Source of the DNA: an uncultured cyanobacterium
GTDB taxonomy: Bacteria; Cyanobacteriota; Cyanobacteriia; Phormidesmidales; Phormidesmidaceae
NCBI GenBank assembly: GCA_963793265.1
Contig: CAWBZI010000002.1
Location: forward strand, 384,001-448,000
Length of the DNA stretch: 64,000 bases
Direction: 5' to 3'
Shown here: one piece after another, positions 1 through 9,114 of the stretch
Numbering within the stretch: the stretch's first letter is position 1
Layout of the letters: the number at the start of each line of letters is the position of its first letter
Notes under the pieces: model-generated
The model's database searches: none
What the model was told of the DNA's origin: nothing
Seen by the model: only the letters and a program-made list of their open reading frames with translations
Translations under genes and position numbers: made by a program

Positions 1-45
1 ATAATTCTTGTCAGCTAAAAACAATACAAAAGTCAAGGAAATCTC

Positions 46-384
46 TTAAAAGCAAAGGATACAGCAGCCTAAGTTGAGCCCTTTAGACCTGCTCCCTTTT
101 GAATCAACAACCTCAACTGCTGGCGACAGCCGATACAGCCGTCCCTTTCCCGTCTGCTCAGAAGTCAAAAACCCTGCCTTGCGTAAGGTCTTTAAATGAT
201 GCGACAGCAAACTCTGCTCAATTTTGATCACCTGATTGATCTCTGCTACTCGCTTAGGGCTCTCTAACAACAGCTCTAGAACCGCCAGCCGGGTAGAATT
301 GGCGACTATCTTTAACCGATCGGCACATTCTGTAGGCAACACAGGCACACACTCCCAAGACAACGGCTTTGTGAAGGCTCTCAC
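46..384 (-). CDS. ArsR/SmtB family transcriptional regulator
   Basis: 112 aa winged-HTH pattern LKIVANSTRLAVLELL...EQSLLSHHLKTLRKAGFL...GKGRLYRL; C-terminal LGCC. Confidence 0.85.
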   Translation of the reverse strand: MRAFTKPLSWECVPVLPTECADRLKIVANSTRLAVLELLLESPKRVAEINQVIKIEQSLLSHHLKTLRKAGFLTSEQTGKGRLYRLSPAVEVVDSKGSRSKGLNLGCCILCF

Positions 385-428
385 TTCTGCTCAGTATCCT
401 TCCAGAGGAACCTGAAGCTGAGATGAGA

Positions 429-460
429 ATGAACTAAACTTCATATGAAAATTCGTTCAT
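429..460. promoter_or_regulatory. Tandem ArsR/SmtB-type operator, 2x ATGAA-N6-TTCAT
   Basis: ATGAActaaacTTCAT (429-444) directly followed by ATGAAaattcgTTCAT (445-460), 45 bp upstream of the ArsR gene; matches the TGAA-N6-TTCA core of SmtB boxes. Confidence 0.65.
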
Positions 461-783
461 AGATAGACCAAAATATCATTTTCTGATCCAGATTGCTGCT
501 GTTCGAGGCAGATTGCAGGTTGCTATTTGCGAAGTCACTCTCTCATTTTGAGTACGCTCAAATATACGTAGGCTTTTTGTATTCTCATGAGTTTCTCATT
601 TTCAAAGAGATTCAAAAACGAAGATAGATCTGTCTTAGAAGCAATGTGACCGTAACTGTCAAAGCACTCTTAAATTCTTAAAAGTAAGTTCATAGGCTCA
701 TGTTGCATTCAAGTAGGATCTGAATATAAGCTTAAATGTTTTCAATACTACTCACAACAACTGTCCACTGCCATAGCCGGTAA

Positions 784-980
784 ATGCTAGAAACAAACGC
801 AGAGCAACGTTTTATTGTTATTGACGACCACGATGCTATTTTAAAGGGTACAATTCCGGCGCTTCAGCAAAGATATCCGAGGGCTGGGGCATTACAACTG
901 CTGGTAACGTACAGACTGCTGAGCAGCTAATTGCTCGCCATCAGCCTAACTTAGCGATTGTCGATCTTAGCTTGCCGCTA
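784..980 (+). pseudogene. Response regulator receiver-domain fragment (NarL-like), frameshifted and truncated by the IS
   Basis: ATG784 reads MLETNAEQRFIVIDDHDAILKGTIPALQQRYPRAG; removing one G from the run near 886-889 continues ITTAGNVQTAEQLIARHQPNLAIVDLSLPL (IDDH and phospho-Asp DLSLP motifs), then runs into transposase DNA. Confidence 0.7.
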
Positions 981-2141
981 ACAAAAAGTACGCACCTGTA
1001 CGCCAGACGGATGATACTTGATGCCTCGGAACCCTTTGTCCACAGCGGCTTGCTTCGGCGTCGCCCCGGTGAGCCGCTGCGTCTGCTCAATCGCAGCGCT
1101 CAAGGTTGCGCCGTCGTAGGGATGACCATGGACAGCCGCTGCGCCGACAATCCAGTTGCTATGGCTAGTTGTCACCAGCACGACTTTGCAGCCAAACTCG
1201 TAGCGTTTGTTGACTTTGCCTTTGGCAATACATTCTACTTCTGGCGCATGCATACTGTAGAGCTTGTTAGAATCACTCCGCTGTTGTTGTTTAATCTGCG
1301 AGTGCTCTCTTCAACAACGTGGCCATCTGAGCATCCGGCTGCGGTAGCTTTCGTTCAATATCTCGAATCACACGACCCAGATAAGTACGTAGTTTTCGAG
1401 CATACTTCTTCGCTCGTTTTAGCTGGCTAGCCGCGCGGTAAGGGACATGCGTCTAAATAAAGTACCGCTGATAGCGCTGTTCATTGCCTCGGGCATAGCA
1501 GTGCTAAGCCCCTACAGAAATTGACGGTGACGTAGGGGCATAGCACGCTAAGCCCAGGGCAATATTTGTCGGTTTGCCGGTACTTTATTTGAGCGCAGCT
1601 CCCTAACGACTTTGCTTGAAGAAAGCGTACTTGCCAACGCGGACATAGCTTTGACGCAATTTTATATTTCTCTTTTTTGCCGCGCGTACCAGCGTCTTCC
1701 TCGCCTGCTGATAAAGCCAGAGCATCGGTTGGAAACGCCACTGCTTTTTCTTGGACAGTGGCATCTACATTCACGCGCTCAATTTCTCTGGGTCTTAGCA
1801 TCGCTGTGCTCATCGCGCTGCGAACGACTTGACCCAACAGCAGCTCAATTCCTTCAGTCCCTACTTGCTTACGCCACTTCACCAAACTGGTCGGATGGTA
1901 GGGCAGTTCATGCTGAAACATCGTCTCACCGCAAAAATATTGCCAGTAAGGATTCTCAACCCATTTTGCCACCACGGACTCATCGCTTTCGTCGTACAGC
2001 GCTTTGAGGCAGTGCAAGCCCACCATTAAGCGCGTGGGCAAGCTTTTTTTGGCGGTAACGGCTTATCTGGTCATTCTACCGCGCTATTCATAGCCCAAAA
2101 CACCTGTGTGGCATGACCTGAAGCAGTTTTTCAGGGACGAC
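978..2141 (-). mobile_element. IS5-family insertion sequence remnant with fragmented DDE transposase
   Basis: Fragments 1481-2041 (PTRLMVGLHCLK...WVENPYWQYFCGE...VDATVQEKAVAFPTD) and 978-1253 (HAPEVECIAKGK...YEFGCKV...VDKGFRG); candidate left end GTCGTCCCTGAAAAAC at about 2126-2141 abutting CTAG; frameshifts, missing N- and C-termini. Confidence 0.85.
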
Positions 2142-2702
2142 TAGCCTAACCAAGCGGTCATTACGAAAAACCTTTCGGGTTTTGCGGTTAAGAACAATGT
2201 TGGCACAGTACAAAGCTGCCTCTGAAGTGTCTAGAGTTCTACGATGACCTGTTATTCTCGTACGAATGCGGGCAACAAACTCTTCTTCTACAAAAGGCAT
2301 AGAGATTCAGTCATCAGCACCTGCTTCAAACCCTGCAATTCGCTCACGCATCCCCTCTCCTCTTGTGAGCAAAATGATCGGCTGATCGCCTCTATTATTT
2401 GTCTTTAGACGACTGCAGATATCTAACCCTGTGAGTCTAGGCGGCTCCCAATCTACAACAATGAGATCTGGGCAAAGGCGCTTGACAGCAAGTAGCCCCC
2501 GCAGGCCATCGTGAATAACGCTGATCTGATAGCCTGCGCAAGAGAGTGTCGCCTGCAGTTTCTCAACTAGCTCTATATCATCGGAGATAATAATCCGCTT
2601 GAGCGCAGCTGACTGGTACGCTATTCGTCTGCCAGTGCCTTTCAGCCATGAAGTGCGGTTTTGAAAAGGAACAGTCGGCGCTTGCTGAAAGGAAACAACC
2701 AT
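2142..2702 (-). pseudogene. OmpR-family response regulator pseudogene
   Basis: Receiver domain (PDLIVVDWEPP, GFEAGADD) has an in-frame TGA at 2307-2309, continues in frame (ISMPFVEEEFVARIR...LNRKTRKVFRN) and is cut at the IS end before the winged-helix domain. Confidence 0.8.
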
Positions 2703-2955
2703 GGCTTAATCTTCCGAATACATTAACAGTTCGATACTTTTATACTGGTGCTGAGCCGCTAGCCTGTCAGCAGCGTTCTATGAAACTCGCTTTCTAAATT
2801 TAGAAAATTAGGGCGTAGAACGAACGGAAAAACCGTGTCTCGCTTGCCTTTAGCAGTCATTGTTAAGAAAAAAGAAAAATCTTATAGACTGTCGTTGAGA
2901 AAGTCATAGAATACGACATCGTTAGATACTTTGGGACAAATCACTGTTTCTCACT

Positions 2956-3004
2956 AAAAAAACGCCCTGTAGCTGTCTCTTACTAGAGAATAGCTACAGG
3001 GCGT
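2956..3004 (-). terminator. Rho-independent terminator of the PEP-CTERM gene
   Basis: Stem ACGCCCTGTAGCT...AGCTACAGGGCGT (2962-3004) with an A7 run on + (U tract on -), about 60 bp downstream of the stop at 3067. Confidence 0.7.
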
Positions 3005-3066
3005 AGTCAAAAGCTAACCTATTTCTGTTTCTTTTCTTATCAGGTCTGATATCTCACGCTTACGGC

Positions 3067-3645
3067 TTAGTAATCGCCTTTGCGTCGCAGACGACTGCTG
3101 ATGCCAACTATACCTACAATGCCCAACAACAAACCGGGCTCTGGCACCTCCTGCGAAGCGGGCGGCTCAGAGCTTGCCTGCCTATACACAGATAGATGTG
3201 AGAGTCCTGGCGTATTGCCTTTTTTCCCAACCTTTGCGACACCTGCCGTTCCCCAATCAAAAGCTGCCAGGTCGCTGACGGTGTACAGGGAATAAGAATT
3301 ACCTGCCTTGATTGCGATCGCACCTAGTCCGCTCAGCCCTGTCGAAGCGCTTCCTAACTGACTACTTTCACCACCGTCCGTAAACGAAACGAATCCATCT
3401 TCATTGTCGCCGACAAAAGACCAGCCTTCCCCAAACAGTGAATTGAGATTTAATAATCCGCTGCCCTGAGCACCTTTGTCATTTCCTGAAAATGAGCCTG
3501 CGCAGTCAAGATAGCTAAAGCTGACCTCGGAGCAAGTGCTGCTACCTCCCAGCACAGCAGCTTTTGCAGATGACGTTACGCCTTGCACCGATAACAGAGC
3601 CACAGTTGTTGCTGTTACTAGCGCTAGCTTCTTCTTTCTTGCCAT
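3067..3645 (-). CDS. PEP-CTERM sorting domain surface protein
   Basis: N-terminal signal peptide; C-terminal VPEP, hydrophobic helix and RLRRK. Confidence 0.9.
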   Translation of the reverse strand: MARKKKLALVTATTVALLSVQGVTSSAKAAVLGGSSTCSEVSFSYLDCAGSFSGNDKGAQGSGLLNLNSLFGEGWSFVGDNEDGFVSFTDGGESSQLGSASTGLSGLGAIAIKAGNSYSLYTVSDLAAFDWGTAGVAKVGKKGNTPGLSHLSVYRQASSEPPASQEVPEPGLLLGIVGIVGISSRLRRKGDY

Positions 3646-3817
3646 AAATTATTTCCTCTATCAGTAGACGATCACAATCTAAGAGAAAAAAGCACAATCT
3701 ATGCTGAGTGAAATTACTTGCTCTGGTAAAGCTTTATCAAAATAATATATGCAGCAGCCTCATTTTTTATGAGCACTTGCTGACGCTAGTTTACCGAGGG
3801 CTTGCAGATAAAAGACC

Positions 3818-3860
3818 AGCGGCCTGTCATTGTCAAGCTATTGAAAAATGACAGGCCGCT
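3818..3860. repeat. Inverted repeat (hairpin) in a divergent intergenic region
   Basis: AGCGGCCTGTCATT...AATGACAGGCCGCT, 14-bp perfect arms. Confidence 0.7.
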
Positions 3861-4075
3861 AACTGAGCTGACTGCCAGACTTGATTAGCGATATTGAGAT
3901 TCACTTTATTCAGCGCGTCACCCTCTCAAAAGGAATCCCAACCAAGCTCTGAATTTCTCTAGACCACTTAAGTCTGAAAATCAGACAGTCCGGGCATTAT
4001 TAGGTAGCAATCGTTTGCCGAATTTGGCAGCACGGCCTTAAGGAAACATCGTGAAAGAGATCGCGAAGGAAGCTC

Positions 4076-5899
4076 ATGGACAGACTCAATCAATGGCTTA
4101 GGCAATCACTGTTCAATAGAACCTCTATTATCAGTCTGACTATCTTGCTACCAATACATTTGTATTTGGCTAAGATATCGGGCATTTTCGCTTTTGACGA
4201 TGGAACCGGCGTCATCTGGCCCTCTACAGGGGTGTTTATGGCGGTAGTGTTCATCTTTGGGCCAAAGAAGATGTGGCTACCCATTTTCATCTGCGACTTG
4301 GTTGCAAACGAGTTTCTTTACTATCACTACTGGCCAGCTAGTCTATTGATTGCAGGAATAGCAACGATAGACTACATCGTAATCAGCAGCCTAATTCTGC
4401 ATTTTGTAAGAAATAGAAAACCTTTCGAGCGAATTGCCGATACGCTCAAGTTTCTCTGCCTGGTGGTGCCTGTTCCTTTCGTAACTTCTGCCTTGTCGAT
4501 TGCCGCGCAGTGCCTTCTTGCAGGCAGTAGCTGGCGCGATTTTTTACCGCTCTACAGAGGATGGATAGCTTCAATCACGACTGGCATGATGATTGTCTCA
4601 CCAGTCATGATTTGTACGTGGCAATCTATTCAAGCGAAACGCTGGAAGCTTCGCAAGAGAGAACTTGCAGAATTTCTCTTTGTGCTGAGCCTGCTGATTG
4701 TGACGGGTCTAACTGCTTTTTCTGGAACGACGCCTGTTGAGTACGTCATGATTTTGCCGCTGATTTGGGCGGCTATTCGATTTGGGCCTCGGGAGGCTTC
4801 CTTTTTAGCACTGGTGATGAGTGCGATCGCTATTTTTCAAACGCTTCGCGGCAATGGGTCTTTTGCCCAGAGTGAAGTATACGAAGCCGCTATCTTACTT
4901 CAGTCTTTCGTAGTAGCACTCACCGTTGCAACGCTAGTACTATCTGCTGCCATTCAGGAAAATCGGAGGGCTAATAGAAACCTCAGACACGCCAACGAAG
5001 ATCTTGAACATCGAGTAGAAGAGCGCACTGGAGAACTTACCGAGATACTCAGAGAGCTGAAGAAGACACAGGCGCATCTGGTGCAGCAAGAGAAGATGTC
5101 TGGCCTTGGCCAAATGGTCGCAGGTGTAGCGCATGAAATCAACAATCCAGTGAACTTTATTCATGGCAATATCAAATATATAGAAAGCCACTGTAATGAT
5201 CTTATAGAATTTGTCCAGCTTTATGAGACGCATTATCCAGATCCTGTTGAAGAAATTCAGGAGCAAGCGGAAGAGCTAGAGATTGATTTTGTTAAAGAGG
5301 ATTTGAGTAAAACCCTATCTGCGATGAAAGAAGGGACAACTCGGATCAAAGAGATTGTTCTATCGCTACGCAACTTTTCTCGAATGGACGAGGCAGAGTG
5401 CAAAGCCGTTGATATTCATGAGGGCATAGAAAGCACGCTGATGATTTTGCAGCATCAAATAAAGGCTAGCGGCGATCGCCCTGAAATTAAAATTATTAGA
5501 GACTTCGATCAGCTACCAGAAATAGAGTGCTATGCCGGACAGCTCAACCAGGTATTTATGAACATTTTAGTGAATGGTATCGACGCGCTAACAACCGAGC
5601 TAGCAGAAAACCCTGATTCTGACAAAATCCTGCAAATTATCATTCGCACTGAAACTCGTGCAGAGAGCGTGGTAATTAGCATCGCAGATAATGGTACGGG
5701 CATTTCACCCGAAGTAAAAGCGCGAATTTTCGACCCATTCTTTACCACTAAAGCAGTGGGTAAAGGGACAGGCATGGGGATGGCAATTAGCTATCAGCTA
5801 GTGACTGAAAAGCATAAAGGCAAAATTGAATGCTTCTCTGACGAAGGTGTTGGCACAGAGTTCGTCATCGAACTGCCTATCCACTTAGCCAGTAGCTAA
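4076..5899 (+). CDS. MASE1-domain sensor histidine kinase
   Basis: Multi-TM N-terminus ([15 protein letters not shown]); H-box [10 protein letters not shown]1, F, G2 boxes ([29 protein letters not shown]). Confidence 0.9.
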   Translation: MDRLNQWLRQSLFNRTSIISLTILLPIHLYLAKISGIFAFDDGTGVIWPSTGVFMAVVFIFGPKKMWLPIFICDLVANEFLYYHYWPASLLIAGIATIDYIVISSLILHFVRNRKPFERIADTLKFLCLVVPVPFVTSALSIAAQCLLAGSSWRDFLPLYRGWIASITTGMMIVSPVMICTWQSIQAKRWKLRKRELAEFLFVLSLLIVTGLTAFSGTTPVEYVMILPLIWAAIRFGPREASFLALVMSAIAIFQTLRGNGSFAQSEVYEAAILLQSFVVALTVATLVLSAAIQENRRANRNLRHANEDLEHRVEERTGELTEILRELKKTQAHLVQQEKMSGLGQMVAGVAHEINNPVNFIHGNIKYIESHCNDLIEFVQLYETHYPDPVEEIQEQAEELEIDFVKEDLSKTLSAMKEGTTRIKEIVLSLRNFSRMDEAECKAVDIHEGIESTLMILQHQIKASGDRPEIKIIRDFDQLPEIECYAGQLNQVFMNILVNGIDALTTELAENPDSDKILQIIIRTETRAESVVISIADNGTGISPEVKARIFDPFFTTKAVGKGTGMGMAISYQLVTEKHKGKIECFSDEGVGTEFVIELPIHLASS

Positions 5900-5965
5900 C
5901 GACTGTCTTTTAACACATTCACGATCAGCCTTGAACAGTACCCAACAGATCATCTCAACAATACT

Positions 5966-6868
5966 ATGAACACTACCAGCCCACTGACCTTAGCTAGCCG
6001 CAATCCTGCTAAAAAGCCCTATATGCTTGTAGTAGATGACGAGCCCAATAACTTAGATTTACTCTATCGTGCCTTTCGCAAAGACTTTAAGGTGTTTAAA
6101 GCAGAGAGCGGCGCGGCAGCGCTTGAAGTGCTAGAAACCAAGGGAGAAATGGCAGTCATTATCTCTGATCAGCGGATGCCACTAATGAAGGGCACAGAGT
6201 TTTTAAGCAGAACAGTGGCTACTTTTCCTGATACGGTTCGCATTATTCTAACTGGGTTTACAGATGTCTCTGATCTGGTTGATGCGATTAATGCAAGCCA
6301 GGTATATCGCTATGTCACTAAGCCCTGGGATGCTGATAACCTGGAGCACTTGGTAGAGCTAGCCCTAGATACCTACACCAAGGCCAAGGCTTATCGTGAG
6401 GAGGCTTACCGAGCCGAAAAATTTTCTAAGCTGGTGGTTGCCATCGGTCAACTGGCCGCTCAATCACTAGAAAGATCTGAAGCGCTGACGTTTCTGGCAG
6501 AGGGCATTGGGCAGGTTTTGGATGCGGATGCCTGCGCGCTACTATTGACTGACAGCAGCGGGGCTGGATGTTATGGTGCCGCAGCGGTAGAAGCGGTCAA
6601 GGAAAATGGATTAGTGAGAGCAGCGATCGCCTCTGGGCAAATTCAATCTGCGCTCAAAATTCAGGCCAACGACGATCAGGCCAACGACGATCTCTATGCA
6701 GCCGGTGTCGAAAGCCATCTAACTATCCCAATTATTTGCCGAGGAGAAGCCTTAGCCGTCCTGTCTATACAGTGGAAAATTCCTTACGCAACCCTAGATG
6801 ATGTTGCTCAGCTCTTTAGACTTATCGCACCCCAGCTCGCATTGAGCTTGAAAGCCGTGGTGCTTTAA
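5966..6868 (+). CDS. Response regulator, receiver plus GAF-like domain
   Basis: VVDDEP, ISDQRMP, LTG, YVTKPW receiver motifs; C-terminal GAF-like HLTIPIICRGEALAVLSIQ. Confidence 0.85.
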   Translation: MNTTSPLTLASRNPAKKPYMLVVDDEPNNLDLLYRAFRKDFKVFKAESGAAALEVLETKGEMAVIISDQRMPLMKGTEFLSRTVATFPDTVRIILTGFTDVSDLVDAINASQVYRYVTKPWDADNLEHLVELALDTYTKAKAYREEAYRAEKFSKLVVAIGQLAAQSLERSEALTFLAEGIGQVLDADACALLLTDSSGAGCYGAAAVEAVKENGLVRAAIASGQIQSALKIQANDDQANDDLYAAGVESHLTIPIICRGEALAVLSIQWKIPYATLDDVAQLFRLIAPQLALSLKAVVL

Positions 6869-6923
6869 ATCGTGAAGGGACAGAACGTTGTAGGCGCAAC
6901 GCAAATAGCTCAATGCTGGAATT

Positions 6924-7259
6924 TTAGACAATAGGATGAGGAAATAGTTCTAGGGCGAGTTCAACTTGCAAGGGGCCTTCAATACAAGGCAGCATGGCAC
7001 CGAAGTAATCACCCACGCGTTTATCTTGGGCAAAGGTATCGGTTCTTATTCCATACGTGTTCAAGTCAGCATAGCGATAGATATTGAGAAATTGATCGTA
7101 ACGACCTGATTCTGTCACAAGCATTGAGACAGGCTCAATTCCTGCATCTTGAAGAATGGGAAGAAGAATCTGTTGGTGAATTCTGCTGAATTCTTCTCGT
7201 TTTCCTAGCTTAATTTGACCACGGACTAACTCATAGATTGGGGATGCAGAACCTAGCAT
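6924..7259 (-). CDS. NIPSNAP-family (dimeric alpha-beta barrel) protein
   Basis: 111 aa, IYELVRGQIKLGK...NIYRYADL pattern. Confidence 0.6.
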   Translation of the reverse strand: MLGSASPIYELVRGQIKLGKREEFSRIHQQILLPILQDAGIEPVSMLVTESGRYDQFLNIYRYADLNTYGIRTDTFAQDKRVGDYFGAMLPCIEGPLQVELALELFPHPIV

Positions 7260-7363
7260 GTTGACGCCTACTATAGGTAAAAACTACAGATGTGAATTTG
7301 ATTTGCGAAACGACGAGCTGATATTACTCACGAAAGAGCGGCTACCTTTTTAAAGCTACTTTT

Positions 7364-9049
7364 CTATGGTGGATCGAGGTAACCACTTTTAATAAAGTAG
7401 GAGAAATAGACAGGTAATAGATCAACAACCGGCGGATAGGGGTTGGCAAAGCCTGCAAGCGCCTGCTGCAAATTATCATTTTCAAACTGTAGCTGATGGG
7501 TACGGAAGTAAATTTCGGGAATGGTCATCGGATATTCTGGTGATCGCTCGGTTAAAAATGAAAGGTAAGGAGCCAGCGCATTGTCACAGTTAGACGTAAC
7601 CCTGTCTCTAATCAGAGCCAGCCAGTCGGCATAGGGAATTTTCTTCAGACTGTAGCCGTAGTCATTGAGCCAGTCTACGAGCTGCATCCAGTCGATTGCA
7701 TGGGGATTGGCAAAGTTGTAGGACTGTCCTGCTGATGTGGGTTGAGTAGAAAGATGAACAATGGCCTGGCTAAGGTAGTCTACTGAAACAATGTCAATCG
7801 GCATCTGCCAATCGGGAGCAAGCCCCAGTTGCAAACAGCCTTTAATCAGGCTGCGCAGAAAATCACCTCGATTACAAACGCCTGTTTGACTATGGCCTTC
7901 TACCCAGGCAGGTCGATGAATAGTGGTTGGGATTCCTCTCGATTGGGCAATGGCAAGCAGCTTTTCGGCGACCCACTTGGTTTGGGTGTAGCCGTACATG
8001 CCCTCTGGCTGATCGGCTGCGTCCTGTGAACGAACGGTGTGATTGTCGGCATAGGCAATAGGCGAGAACACACCCATTGTCGAGACAAAGTGAACCGGCT
8101 TAATTTTTTGTTGACTTGCCAAGCGCAGCAGCGTTTCGGTGCTTGAAACATTGGTAGCCTTCATAATCGAGTAAGGATACATGAAGTTCACCATACTCCC
8201 ATTGTGATAAATGAGGTCAATGGTTTTGGCTAGCTGTTGAAATAGCTCAGGGGACAGGCCCAGCTGTGGTTGCGCCAAATCTCCCGGTAGAAAGACAATT
8301 CTTGGTTCGTAGCCTGACTGCCAGAGCGCGTACTGCTGTAAGTTTTCAATGATTCGCTCTTTGGCTGTAGCTTGACTGGGCGATCGCACCAAGCAGTAAA
8401 CGGTGGCTTGGGTTTGTGTGAGTAGCTGATGTAGTAAAAAGGCTCCTAAAAAGCCAGTAGCGCCCGTTAACAATACGGCGTTAGGAGAACTAACCTTAGC
8501 TTTTACTTCTGTTGTTGGAACAATATCTGACGGTAGTATAGCCTCTGCGCGAAGATCAATGCTCGCGGTATCAACTAGGGTTCCGGCCTTGCGATCGCGC
8601 ACTAATTTTGCTTGCCCTGCAACCGTAGGTGACATAAAAATGCTGATCAGAGCCAAGTCAACGTCAAACGTTTCTTGCAGCCTAAACAGCAACTCTGCAG
8701 CTAGCAGAGAATGACCGCCTAAATCGAAAAAGTTATCATCCGTACTGACCTGATCGACAGATAAAACATCTGCCCACAGCGCGGCAATTAGCCTTTCTTC
8801 GGCGGTGCTAGGAGCGATAAATTTCGATGAGGCTTCGCGCTTTGAAGGCGGCGCTGGCAGTGCTTTTCGATCCACTTTACCGTTCGGCATGAGTGGCAAA
8901 GAGGATAAAAAGACGAAGGTAGAAGGCACCATATAGTCGGGCAGCTTAGCCTGCAAGTGCTGGCGCAGTTGAGATCTCAGTTTGATAGGATTCGAGCGGG
9001 TAGGTTTGTTTGTATAAACAGACCAATCGAGTGTTTTTGCAGCGATCAT
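7364..9049 (-). CDS. NRPS C-terminal part: A-subdomain (A9-A10), PCP and thioester reductase
   Basis: LPDYMVPS, PNGKVDRKAL, FFDLGGHSL, VLLTGATGFLG, GYTQTKWVAE. Confidence 0.9.
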   Translation of the reverse strand: MIAAKTLDWSVYTNKPTRSNPIKLRSQLRQHLQAKLPDYMVPSTFVFLSSLPLMPNGKVDRKALPAPPSKREASSKFIAPSTAEERLIAALWADVLSVDQVSTDDNFFDLGGHSLLAAELLFRLQETFDVDLALISIFMSPTVAGQAKLVRDRKAGTLVDTASIDLRAEAILPSDIVPTTEVKAKVSSPNAVLLTGATGFLGAFLLHQLLTQTQATVYCLVRSPSQATAKERIIENLQQYALWQSGYEPRIVFLPGDLAQPQLGLSPELFQQLAKTIDLIYHNGSMVNFMYPYSIMKATNVSSTETLLRLASQQKIKPVHFVSTMGVFSPIAYADNHTVRSQDAADQPEGMYGYTQTKWVAEKLLAIAQSRGIPTTIHRPAWVEGHSQTGVCNRGDFLRSLIKGCLQLGLAPDWQMPIDIVSVDYLSQAIVHLSTQPTSAGQSYNFANPHAIDWMQLVDWLNDYGYSLKKIPYADWLALIRDRVTSNCDNALAPYLSFLTERSPEYPMTIPEIYFRTHQLQFENDNLQQALAGFANPYPPVVDLLPVYFSYFIKSGYLDPP

Positions 9050-9114
9050 TAGCTTTATTGTTTTGGTTGATTACCGGCTGAACTGTTGGGTTTATGTCGT
9101 TTTTGTACTTTTCA

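Noticed and set aside
972..1430. 152 aa + strand ORF
   Set aside because: Antisense to the IS5 transposase; only its first codons belong to the truncated response regulator
2307..2309. TGA as selenocysteine or programmed readthrough
   Set aside because: The gene is also truncated by the IS; a simple nonsense mutation is more parsimonious
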